Positions 15,434-23,829 of a stretch of DNA of 46,552 nt are shown piece after piece. The stretch is from Pseudomonadota bacterium. GTDB lineage: Bacteria > Pseudomonadota > Gammaproteobacteria > Burkholderiales > SG8-39. The notes beneath the pieces were generated by a model. It was not told the origin of the DNA. It saw only the letters and a list, made by a program, of their open reading frames with translations, and did no database searches. The DNA is taken from positions 1-46,552 of the forward strand of contig JAKALD010000002.1 of assembly GCA_021813275.1 (NCBI GenBank), written 5' to 3'. The first letter of the stretch is position 1, and each line of letters opens with the position of its first letter. Position numbers and translations under genes: made by a program.

Positions 15434-16861
15434 CTAGTCCCGCTTCGGCCGCTGCACGGCGTCGTAGTGCGGCCGCGTCAGCACTTCCGGGCGCATCACC
15501 GTCTCGAGCTGCTCCCTGCTCATCAGCTTCTTCTCGAGCACGAGCTCGGAGACGCGCCGGCCGCTCGCGAGCGCTTCCTGCGCGAGCTCGCTCGCGCGCG
15601 CGTAGCCGATGTACGGAGTGAGCGCAGTGACGAGCGCGGTCGACTCGTCGACGAAGCGCCGCGCGCGCTCCCTATTGGCGGTGATCCCCGCGACGCAGCG
15701 CTCCCAGAGCGTGCGGCAGGCGGCCGCCAGGTGCGCGAGGCTCTTGAAGAGGCTGTGGGCGATGACCGGCTCGAAGGCGTTCAGCTGCAGCTGGCCGGCC
15801 TCCGCGGCCATGGTGATGGTCATGTCGTTGCCGATCACCTCGAAGGCGACCTGGTTGACCACCTCCGGGATCACCGGGTTCACCTTGCCGGGCATGATCG
15901 AGGAGCCTGCCTGCACCGCCGGCAGGTTGATCTCGCCGATGCCGGCGCGCGGGCCGGAGGAGAGCAGGCGCAGGTCGTTGCAGGTCTTGGAGAGCTTCAC
16001 CGCGATGCGCTTCAGCACCCCCGAGAGCTGCACGAAGGCGCCCGCGTCCTGGGTCGCCTCGATCAGGTTGGGCGAGACGACGAGCTCGACCCCGGCGATC
16101 TGCGAGAGCGCGCGCGTCGCGCGCACCGCGTACTCGGGATGCGCGTTGATGCCGGTGCCGATGGCGGTGGCGCCGAGGTTGATCTCGCGGGCGAGGCTCG
16201 CCGCCTCCTCGAGGCGGCTCTCGTCCTCCTGTAGCATCACGGCGTACGTGGAGAACTCCTGGCCGAGCGTCATCGGCACCGCGTCCTGCAGCTGGGTGCG
16301 GCCAAGCTTGAGCACGTCGGCGAATTCCGCGGCCTTGGCCTCGAACGCCTTGCGCAAGCCCGCCATCTCGGCGAGCAGGCGCCGGATGCCGAACTGCAGC
16401 GCCAGCCGCACCGCGGTCGGGTAGACGTCGTTCGTGCTCTGCGAAAGGTTCACGTGATCGAGCGGGTGCAGCCGCGCGTAGTCGCCCTTCGCCGCGCCGA
16501 GGATCTCCAGCGCGCGGTTGGCGATCACCTCGTTGGCATTCATGTTGGTCGAGGTGCCCGCGCCGCCCTGGATGACGTCGACGACGAACTCGCCGAGCAG
16601 CGCGCCGCCGCGAATCTCCTCGCAGGCGCGCACGATCGCGCCGGCGCGCTCGTCGTCGAGCAGCCCGAGATCGCGGTTGACGATCGCCGCAGCCTGCTTC
16701 ACGCAGGCGAGCGCGGCGACCAGATCCGGGTAGATCGCGATCGCCGTGCCCGTGATGGGAAAGTTCTCGAGCGCCCGCAGCGTATGCACGCCGTAATAGG
16801 CCTGTGCCGGCACGCTGCGGGCGCCCAGCAGGTCGTGCTCGGTGCGAACCGGTGCGCTCAC
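15434..16861 (-). CDS. aspA: aspartate ammonia-lyase
   Basis: VSAPVRTEHDLLGARSVPAQAYYGVHTLRALENFPITG N-terminus and the fumarate-lyase signature GSSIMPGKVNPVIPE. GTG at 16861 follows a GAGGAG SD. The 547-aa track ORF is over-extended. Confidence 0.9.
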   Translation of the reverse strand: MSAPVRTEHDLLGARSVPAQAYYGVHTLRALENFPITGTAIAIYPDLVAALACVKQAAAIVNRDLGLLDDERAGAIVRACEEIRGGALLGEFVVDVIQGGAGTSTNMNANEVIANRALEILGAAKGDYARLHPLDHVNLSQSTNDVYPTAVRLALQFGIRRLLAEMAGLRKAFEAKAAEFADVLKLGRTQLQDAVPMTLGQEFSTYAVMLQEDESRLEEAASLAREINLGATAIGTGINAHPEYAVRATRALSQIAGVELVVSPNLIEATQDAGAFVQLSGVLKRIAVKLSKTCNDLRLLSSGPRAGIGEINLPAVQAGSSIMPGKVNPVIPEVVNQVAFEVIGNDMTITMAAEAGQLQLNAFEPVIAHSLFKSLAHLAAACRTLWERCVAGITANRERARRFVDESTALVTALTPYIGYARASELAQEALASGRRVSELVLEKKLMSREQLETVMRPEVLTRPHYDAVQRPKRD

Positions 16862-16971
16862 GCCAAATCTCCTCGGGCGTTGCGGATTATCCTCCGACCG
16901 GGCGATTCGCAGGCGGTTCCGTGCGCGCGCTCGCAGGCTTGAGCGCGGAGCCGCGGGCGCGGCAATATCGG

Positions 16972-17000
16972 GGAACATCCATCGAAGTTGCGACATCCAA
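16972..17000 (+). promoter_or_regulatory. candidate ECF-type promoter (GGAAC-N19-TCCAA) directly upstream of the ECF sigma gene
   Basis: GGAAC at 16972-16976 and TCCAA at 16996-17000. This is one nt longer than RpoE-like spacing. The -10 element ends 6 nt before the ATG and no SD is visible, which would imply a near-leaderless mRNA. Confidence 0.25.
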
Positions 17001-17006
17001 TCGCGC

Positions 17007-17657
17007 ATGCCGCCCGTCCCCGACAGCCTCGTGCAGCGCGCCGCGCGCGGCGAGCACGACGCCTTCGCCCAGATCATGCGGCGCTACAACCAGCGCCTGT
17101 TCCGCACTGCGCGCGCCATCCTGCGCGACGACGCGGAGGCCGAGGACGCGCTGCAGGAGGCCTACGTGCACGCCTACCGCGCGCTGCCCGGGTTTCGCGG
17201 CGAGGCGCAGCTCTCGACCTGGCTGGTGCGCATCGTGGCCAACGAGGCGCTCGGCCGGCTGCGTACGCGCCAGCGCGGGGCGCAGGTGATCGCGCTCGGA
17301 GCCGACGCGGACATCGCGGAGACGCAGATGGACGAATCGCAGGAGACGCAGCCCGACCACGCCGCCGAGCGCGCGCAGAGCCTTCGCCTGATCGAGGCGA
17401 AGATCGATGCCCTGCCGGAGGCGTTTCGCGCGGTGTTCGTGCTGCGCGCGCTGGAGGAGCTGTCGGTGGAAGAGACCGCGGCGGCGCTCGACATTCCCGC
17501 GGCGACGGTGCGAACGCGCTACTTCCGCGCGCGGGCGCTGCTTCGCGAGGCGCTCGCGCGCGAGTTCGACCTCGCGCTCCAGGATGCCTTCGGCTTCGCC
17601 GGCGTGCGCTGTGACCGCATCGTCGCGCGCGTGCTGGCGCGCCTCGCGTCCGCATAG
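17007..17657 (+). CDS. ECF (sigma-70 family group 4) RNA polymerase sigma factor
   Basis: Region 2: AFAQIMRRYNQRLFRTARAILRDDAEAEDALQEAYVHAY...STWLVRIVANEAL. Region 4: LPEAFRAVFVLRALEELSVEETAAALDIPAATVRTRYFRARALLREAL. A tail of about 30 aa (FGFAGVRCDRIVARVLARL) follows. Confidence 0.85.
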   Translation: MPPVPDSLVQRAARGEHDAFAQIMRRYNQRLFRTARAILRDDAEAEDALQEAYVHAYRALPGFRGEAQLSTWLVRIVANEALGRLRTRQRGAQVIALGADADIAETQMDESQETQPDHAAERAQSLRLIEAKIDALPEAFRAVFVLRALEELSVEETAAALDIPAATVRTRYFRARALLREALAREFDLALQDAFGFAGVRCDRIVARVLARLASA

Positions 17658-17669
17658 CGGCGCGCGCCG

Positions 17670-18086
17670 TCACTTCATTCCCACGCGCCCGTGGCCGTGG
17701 ACGAGCCTGGAGGCGAGCACGCCGCCCGCGGCCAGGCAGGCGAGGCCCGCGAGCGACAGGGCGAGCGCCCCGGGGACCGACTCCGGTGCACTCGCGGGCC
17801 TGCGTAAGAGCAGGCTGCCGAGAAAGAGCACCGCGGCGCCCGACATCGCGCTCGCGTGCCAGACGGCGAGCTTCGCCGCGGGGTGGTCGCGCTCGATGCG
17901 CACGAATTCGACGAAGCCGGTGCCGATCGCGGGCAGCGCCATCAGCACTCCGGCCGCCAGGCACCAGTAGCTCAGCGGCCACCACGAGGCGCTCCCGAGG
18001 CCGAGCGCGAGCGCGTCCCAGGCGACCGAAGTCGTCCACAGCCCGATCGGAAAGTGCACGAACATCGGGTGGAGCGGATGGCGCAC
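17670..18086 (-). CDS. DUF2231-type membrane protein
   Basis: MRHPLHPMFVHFPIGLW N-terminal signature, 4 TM. Confidence 0.7.
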   Translation of the reverse strand: MRHPLHPMFVHFPIGLWTTSVAWDALALGLGSASWWPLSYWCLAAGVLMALPAIGTGFVEFVRIERDHPAAKLAVWHASAMSGAAVLFLGSLLLRRPASAPESVPGALALSLAGLACLAAGGVLASRLVHGHGRVGMK

Positions 18087-18090
18087 GAGC

Positions 18091-18459
18091 TCAGGCCGCG
18101 CCGCCCAGCAGGAATGCGAGCAGCACCAGGAATCCCGCGACCGCGAGCAGACCGTGCAGCACGACGACCGTGCCCGGCAGCGGCTGGCCGCGCAGGTGCT
18201 TGCCGAGGAACATATACGCGCCGCCGAGCGCGGCGACGACGAAGAGCACCAGGGCGATCACCGGAAGGCCGGACCCGCCGGCCGCGGGGCCGAGCACGCC
18301 GATGATGAGCAGCACGAGCGCCGCGGCCGCGGCGAGGCCGTGCACCACGGCGAGCGCAGTTGGCGGCCGCTCGCGGGCGCCGGCGCGGAAATGCAGTGCA
18401 GCGAGCGCCAGGCCGCCCAGAGCGGCCAGCGCGAACAGAATTGCGGACCCAAGGAACAT
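18091..18459 (-). CDS. hypothetical 4-TM membrane protein built from an internal duplication
   Basis: Halves align: AALGGLALAALHFRAGARERPPTALAVVHGLAAAAALVLLI versus AALGGAYMFLGKHLRGQPLPGTVVVLHGLLAVAGFLVLLA. Ends 4 nt before the DUF2231 start. Confidence 0.6.
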   Translation of the reverse strand: MFLGSAILFALAALGGLALAALHFRAGARERPPTALAVVHGLAAAAALVLLIIGVLGPAAGGSGLPVIALVLFVVAALGGAYMFLGKHLRGQPLPGTVVVLHGLLAVAGFLVLLAFLLGGAA

Positions 18460-18535
18460 CGTCGCCTCCCGGTGGATGATGTGTGGAGCGACGCATTGGA
18501 TGGCGCCCGAGCCGCGGGCGTTCCGCGCGGGTCCG

Positions 18536-18811
18536 CTACCAGGGAACCCGGAGTCCGGCCACGGCGGCGATGCCGATTGCGGCGAACAGCGCCGCGGCCA
18601 CGTACCGGACGGTCTTGAAGGGGAGGCGCAACGATGCCTTCTCCCCGAAAAAGACCGCCGGCGCGTCCGCGATCAGCATCCCGGTCGTCGTTCCCGCGAC
18701 GACCGCCGGGAGCGAGTCGAAGCGCGCGGCGAGCGCGACGGTCGCGAGCTGCGTCTTGTCGCCGATCTCCCCGACGGCGACGACCACGGCCGAGACGATG
18801 AATGCTTCCAA
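18536..18811 (-). CDS. UPF0016 (GDT1/TMEM165) family protein, single-repeat half-size form
   Basis: 91 aa with one E-x-G-D-K-T motif (GEIGDKTQLATVALAARFDS). TTG start with no clear SD. Confidence 0.65.
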   Translation of the reverse strand: MEAFIVSAVVVAVGEIGDKTQLATVALAARFDSLPAVVAGTTTGMLIADAPAVFFGEKASLRLPFKTVRYVAAALFAAIGIAAVAGLRVPW

Positions 18812-19162
18812 GAGGGTTCACCAGGGATCAGGCGGCTACTCCCCGATGACGAGGCGCGATCCTAACAGATCCCCTCGTCCGCCGCAGTTGACCACGACAG
18901 GCGGCGAGCGTAGCCTGATCGCGTCGGGGCAAGCAGACTTCCGGCCTTCCCAAGACGGCCATCCGTCCAAGCTCTGCCTGATCGCACGAGTCGCGAGAGG
19001 GACGGACGGATGAGCACAAGACACCCATCGGCAGATTACGCGGGCCCGAGGTACTCGCTCAGGGAGGATGTTTCTCGCCGCGGCGATCGTCGTCTCACTC
19101 GTGAAGGCGCCGCCTGCAAAATGGTTCGGCGGCGCCGTGGCTGCCGCTCTGCGGGATGTGAG

Positions 19163-20185
19163 ATGAGGAATCGCAGATTCCATTTGGTGCGCGCCGGCGC
19201 GCTGATCGGCCTGATGTTCCTCAGCGGCTTCGCCTGGTCTCTGCCGCCCGAAGGCCGCGGCTCGTTGCACCTTAAGACGCTCGCGGACATCCCTCTTCCG
19301 GGGCCCGCGACCCGTTTCGATTACGAGAGTTACGACGCCCGGGCCCATCTGCTCTTCATCGCGCATCTCGGTGCGAGCACGCTGATCGCGTTCGACACCC
19401 GCTCGGCGAAGGTCCTTGCCGAAGTGCACGGACTGAGCCGGGTCCACGGCGTGCTCGCCTTACCGGCGCTGCACCGCGTCTACGCGTCCGCAACCGGGAT
19501 GAATCGGATCGTCGTCCTGGACGAACGCGGCTTCACGGAGCTCGCACGAATAAGCGCGGGAGTCTATCCGGACGGAATGGCGTTTGCGCCCGCGGCACAC
19601 AAGGTCTACGTGTCCGACGAAGCCGGGCGAACGGAAACTGCGATCGATGTGCGCACCAACAGGCGTGTTGCCACCATTGCGCTCGGCGGAGAAGCCGGCA
19701 ACTCCCAGTACGACCCGGTGTCCGGAAATGTCTTCGTCAACGTGCAGACCAGGAACGAGCTCGCCGAGATCGACCCCGCGACGGACGCAATCGTCGCCCG
19801 CATTCCTTTGCCGGGGGCAAAGCACAATCACGGCCTGCTGATCGACCCGCTGCGGCACCTCGCTTACATCGCCTGCGACGGAAACCAGCGCCTGCTGGTG
19901 CTCGATCTGGATCGGAGGAAAGTCGTTGCGCACGACTCGCTCGGCGCCATGCCGGACGTGATGGCGCTCGATTCCGAGCTCGGCCTGCTATACGTGGCGA
20001 GCGAAAGCGGGGTCGTGAGCGTATTCCGCCAGACAGGGAAAACGGTCCAGAAGGTGAGCGAACGCTTCGTCGCCGCGCACGCCCACAGCATCGCAGTCGA
20101 CCCCGGCACGCACAGGGTCTATTTGCCATTGCAGGACGTTCGCGGGCGGCCGGTGCTGCGCGTGATGGTGCCGCAATGGCGGTGA
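19163..20185 (+). CDS. secreted YVTN-type beta-propeller repeat protein
   Basis: Signal-like N-terminus MRNRRFHLVRAGALIGLMFLSGFA. Repeated units ...HKVYVSDEAG.., ..GNVFVNVQTRNELAEID.., ..HLAYIACDGNQRLLVLD.., ..LLYVASESGVVSVF.., ..HRVYLPL. Confidence 0.7.
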   Translation: MRNRRFHLVRAGALIGLMFLSGFAWSLPPEGRGSLHLKTLADIPLPGPATRFDYESYDARAHLLFIAHLGASTLIAFDTRSAKVLAEVHGLSRVHGVLALPALHRVYASATGMNRIVVLDERGFTELARISAGVYPDGMAFAPAAHKVYVSDEAGRTETAIDVRTNRRVATIALGGEAGNSQYDPVSGNVFVNVQTRNELAEIDPATDAIVARIPLPGAKHNHGLLIDPLRHLAYIACDGNQRLLVLDLDRRKVVAHDSLGAMPDVMALDSELGLLYVASESGVVSVFRQTGKTVQKVSERFVAAHAHSIAVDPGTHRVYLPLQDVRGRPVLRVMVPQWR

Positions 20186-20308
20186 CCAGAAGCTGGATTG
20201 ACCGATGGGCAACGCGCACCGAAAGGCCAAGGTCACAGCTCCGGGGAGAAGGATGCAAGCACAGCGACGCAAGCTCGTTGCGGCCGGCTGCCTCGCGAGC
20301 GCGCGCAA

Positions 20309-21520
20309 ATGGCCCTGGTGCTGACTGAAGGGCTCGAGCGCCCGGCGCTCCGCATCCTAACGGCGCGCGCGCTGCGCGCGTTTTGCGACGGCTACGTCGC
20401 CATCCTTCTTCCTGCGTATCTGCTGGCGCTGGGTTACGGCACGCTGGAGGTCGGGGTGCTCAGCTCTGCGACGCTTTTCGGATCGGCACTCGCGACGCTC
20501 GGCGTCGGCGCGATCGGGCACCGTTTCGATTTGCGTGTCCTGCTGCGCGCGGCCGCGGTTCTGATGGCGCTGACCGGCGCGGGCTTCGCGCTGTTCGAGT
20601 CGCTTTGGCTGCTTCTCGCGATCGCGTTCGCCGGCACGATCAACCCGAGCTCGGGCGATGTGAGCGTCTTCAGCCCGCTCGAGCAGGCGGCGCTCGCAGG
20701 AATGGCGCGGGACGATGCTCGCACGGCGCTTTTCGCGCGCTACAGCCTCGCGGGCTCGGTGTTCGCGGCGCTCGGGGCCATCGCCGCTGCCCTGCCCGAG
20801 CAGCTTCACGTCTCCTTCGGCGTGGCGCCGCTCGATGCGCTGCGCAGCATGTTCGTGCTGTATGCCGCGGCGGGCGCCCTGGTCTGGTGGCTCTACGGCG
20901 CGCTACGGCAGCCGCGCGCGAGAGCGGATGCCCCGGCCACGGCGAGCCTCGGGGCCTCGCGCCCGGTCGTCTTCAGGCTCGCGGCGCTGTTCAGCATCGA
21001 CGCCTTTGCCGGCGGCCTGATCGTGAACTCGCTGCTCGCGCTGTGGCTGTTCAAGCGCTTCGGGCTCTCGCTCTCGGACGCGGGCGCGTTCTTTTTCTGC
21101 TCGAGCGTGCTCGCGGCGCTCTCGTACCTCGTGGCGGTCCCGCTCGCGCGCCGCTTCGGTTTGTTGAACACCATGGTGTTCACGCACATCCCGTCGAGCG
21201 CCTGCCTGATCCTCGCGGCCCTCGTGCCGAACGCCGCGGCCGCAATCGGGTTGCTGCTCGCGCGCAGCGCGCTCTCCCAGATGGACGTTCCCACGCGCAC
21301 CGCCTACGTGATGGGCGTGGTGAGCCCGGCGGAGCGCCCTGCGGCCGCGAGCGTCACGTCCGTGCCGCGCAGCCTCGCGGCGGCGGCGAGCCCCGCGCTT
21401 GCCGGAGCGATGATCGCGGGCGGAGCACTCGCCGCGCCGTTACTCGCCTGCGGGGCGCTGAAGATCGCCTACGACCTTCTGCTGTGGTCGGCTTTTCGAA
21501 GGGTGAAGCTGAGGGAGTGA
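20309..21520 (+). CDS. MFS transporter
   Basis: About 12 hydrophobic segments in two six-helix halves. ATG at 20309 is preferred over the longer track ORF, whose N-terminus is Arg/Gln-rich. Confidence 0.75.
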   Translation: MALVLTEGLERPALRILTARALRAFCDGYVAILLPAYLLALGYGTLEVGVLSSATLFGSALATLGVGAIGHRFDLRVLLRAAAVLMALTGAGFALFESLWLLLAIAFAGTINPSSGDVSVFSPLEQAALAGMARDDARTALFARYSLAGSVFAALGAIAAALPEQLHVSFGVAPLDALRSMFVLYAAAGALVWWLYGALRQPRARADAPATASLGASRPVVFRLAALFSIDAFAGGLIVNSLLALWLFKRFGLSLSDAGAFFFCSSVLAALSYLVAVPLARRFGLLNTMVFTHIPSSACLILAALVPNAAAAIGLLLARSALSQMDVPTRTAYVMGVVSPAERPAAASVTSVPRSLAAAASPALAGAMIAGGALAAPLLACGALKIAYDLLLWSAFRRVKLRE

Positions 21521-21709
21521 GTCGGGTATCGGGGCGGCCGTCGACTGGGCGCGCATCTTCTCATAAGACCGGCGCCCCATCTTGACCGGCGTCGCGCGCG
21601 GGCGGTAGGATTTTCCCGCGCCGGGGATTCGGCAGCCTCCCCGCTCAAGACGCTTCGGGCGTCCAAGGTCTGCCCGACATGTGGCGGTATCGCCAAATGG
21701 AGGGTTGCC

Positions 21710-22909
21710 TTGAGCTCCCCGAATGAAACTCCCCTGCAAGATCCCGCCCGCGGCCTCGAGGGGCCGTCGTACTCCCTTTGGCAGCTCGTCGCGTATGCGG
21801 TCAAGCTCGGCGCGCTCGGCTTCGGCGGACCGGTGGCGCTCGTTGGCTACATGCACCGCGATCTGGTCGAGCGGCGCGGCTGGATTTCGGAGGCCGACTA
21901 CAGGGAAGGCATGACGCTCGCGCAGCTCATGCCCGGCCCGCTCGCCGCGCAGCTCGCGATCTACCTCGGCTTCGTGCATTTCCGCATCCTGGGCGCGACG
22001 CTCGTCGGCGTCGCGTTCGTGCTGCCTTCGTTTCTGATGGTCGTCGCGCTCGGGGCGGCGTACGTTGTCTATGGCGGCCTCGCCTGGATGCAGTCGGTGT
22101 TCTACGGCGTGGGCGCCGCGGTGATCGGCATCATCGCGGTGAGCGCCTGGAAGCTCACCTCCAGGAGCGTCGGGCGCGACCCCCTGCTCTGGGCGATCTA
22201 TCTCGTCGCGGCGGCCGCCACGGTCGTCACCGAATCGGAGACCGTGTGGCTCTTTCTCGCAGGCGGTGTGCTCGTGTGGCTGGTGAGAGCGCCGCCAAAG
22301 AGCTGGTTCACCGGGGGCGCGGCCGGCGCCGCGTTGGCGGCGCAGCTTCCCACGGCGCTGGGCGCGGCCTCGACCTGGCCGGTGCTGCTCCAGATCGGCG
22401 CGTTCTTCGGCGAGGCGGGAGCATTCGTGTTCGGCAGCGGCCTCGCGATCGTTCCGTTCCTCTACGGCGGCGTGGTCACCGAGCATCACTGGCTGAACGA
22501 CCGGCAGTTCATCGACGCGGTGGCGGTCGCGATGATCACGCCGGGGCCCGTGGTGATCACCGTGGGCTTCATCGGCTACCTGGTCGCCGGGCTGCCGGGC
22601 GCGCTCGTCGCGGCGCTCGCGACCTTCCTGCCGTGCTACCTGCTGACGATCATCCCGGCGCCCTATTTCCGCAAGCACGGCAAGCGGCCGGGCATCGTCG
22701 CGTTCGTCGACGGCGTCACCGCGGCCGCGATCGGCGCCATCACCGGCGCGGTGATCGTGCTCGGCAAGCGGTCGATCGTCGATCTGCCGAGCGCCGCGAT
22801 CCTGGCGGCGGCGTTGCTGCTGCTCTGGAAGGCGAGGAAGCTCCCGGAACCCTTCATCGTCGCGGCCGCGGCAGCGGCCGGTCTCCTCGTGCATCCGCTG
22901 ATCAAGTGA
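21710..22909 (+). CDS. chrA: chromate transporter, second copy (two fused CHR domains)
   Basis: AVKLGALGFGGPVALVGYMHRDLVERRGWISEADYREGMTLAQLMPGPLAAQL and a second repeat GAFVFGSGLAIVPFL. TTG start 6 nt after a GGAGGG SD. Confidence 0.85.
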   Translation: MSSPNETPLQDPARGLEGPSYSLWQLVAYAVKLGALGFGGPVALVGYMHRDLVERRGWISEADYREGMTLAQLMPGPLAAQLAIYLGFVHFRILGATLVGVAFVLPSFLMVVALGAAYVVYGGLAWMQSVFYGVGAAVIGIIAVSAWKLTSRSVGRDPLLWAIYLVAAAATVVTESETVWLFLAGGVLVWLVRAPPKSWFTGGAAGAALAAQLPTALGAASTWPVLLQIGAFFGEAGAFVFGSGLAIVPFLYGGVVTEHHWLNDRQFIDAVAVAMITPGPVVITVGFIGYLVAGLPGALVAALATFLPCYLLTIIPAPYFRKHGKRPGIVAFVDGVTAAAIGAITGAVIVLGKRSIVDLPSAAILAAALLLLWKARKLPEPFIVAAAAAAGLLVHPLIK

Positions 22910-22916
22910 GGCAACC

Positions 22917-23711
22917 ATGAGTGCAATCTCGGTTTCGGCATTGCAGTCCCTTGTCACGCAGCAAGGCGGGCCGATCGTGCTCGATGTCCGGCGCAGGCCG
23001 GCCTACCGCGAAGCGCTCGACACGATTGCCGGCGCCCTGCGGCGCGATCCGGAGGATGTCGGCAGCTGGCTGAAGACGCTTCCGCGCGCGAGCGAGGTCG
23101 TCGTGTACTGCGCGCGCGGCGACGACGCGAGCCCGAGCGTCGCGAGGACGCTCGCGGAGCGGGGCATCACGGCGCATTACCTCGAAGGCGGGATCGCCGC
23201 CTGGAAGGAGAGCGGCGGGCCGCTCGATCGCAAGCCGGCCGACGCGAGCGCTCGCTGGGTCACGCGCGAGCGGCCGAAGATCGATCGCATCGCGTGCCCC
23301 TGGCTGGTGGCGCGCTTCGTGGATCGCGAAGCCGAGTTCCTGTACGCGCCGCCCAAGCAGGTGCGCGAAGTCGCGAAGGCGCGCGACGCCATCGCCTACG
23401 ACATCCCCGACGTGCACTTCAGCCATGAAGGCGAGCGCTGCAGCTTCGACGCCTTCGTCCGGCACTACCGCTTGGGCGCCGATCCGGCGCTCGAACGCCT
23501 CGCGGTCATCGTGCGCGGCGCGGACACCGCGCGGCTCGAGCTCGCGCCGCAGGCGGCCGGCCTTGCCGCGGTCTCGCTCGGCCTGTCGCGGGTCTTCGCG
23601 GACGACCACGAAATGCTGAAGCACGGCATGATCCTCTACGACGCCTTGTACGCCTGGTGCAGAGAGGGCCAGGACGAGATCCACACCTGGAACCCGGACG
23701 CCTACCGGTAA
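22917..23711 (+). CDS. rhodanese domain fused to ChrB C-terminal (chromate resistance) domain
   Basis: N-terminus: LDVRRRPAYRE...VVVYCARGDDAS...EGGIAAWKESG (rhodanese with an active-site-like Cys). C-terminus: WVTRERPKIDRIACPWLVARFVDREAEFLY (ChrB_C signature). Confidence 0.75.
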   Translation: MSAISVSALQSLVTQQGGPIVLDVRRRPAYREALDTIAGALRRDPEDVGSWLKTLPRASEVVVYCARGDDASPSVARTLAERGITAHYLEGGIAAWKESGGPLDRKPADASARWVTRERPKIDRIACPWLVARFVDREAEFLYAPPKQVREVAKARDAIAYDIPDVHFSHEGERCSFDAFVRHYRLGADPALERLAVIVRGADTARLELAPQAAGLAAVSLGLSRVFADDHEMLKHGMILYDALYAWCREGQDEIHTWNPDAYR

Positions 23712-23829
23712 AGTCAGAGTCTGCCGGCGATCGGCCCCGTCGCTACGGGCGGCGCGAAACAGGGTGCAACCGGGCGCGCGGGAGCGCTACAGTGCTCGCG
23801 CTCGTCCCTCAAGGCCATCGGAGTCGGAC

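Noticed and set aside
18834-18844. GGGGAGTAGCC (minus strand), the conserved 5' motif of the yybP-ykoY manganese riboswitch, upstream of the UPF0016 gene
   Set aside because: It lies only 23 nt before the TTG start. The roughly 100 nt of aptamer that should follow would have to be inside the CDS, and I could not place the other conserved elements (UUGACAUA-type loop, closing GAGACC) in the correct order. It is kept only as a note within the UPF0016 finding.
21440-22957. 505-aa minus-strand ORF antisense to chrA copy 2. Similar antisense ORFs occur at 27274-29058, 17074-18039, 25120-26268, 35255-36799 and 42610-43893.
   Set aside because: All are antisense to genes with strong family signatures. 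Their products are dominated by Arg, Asp, Glu, Gly and Pro repeats without hydrophobic cores, which is typical shadow-ORF behaviour in high-GC genomes.
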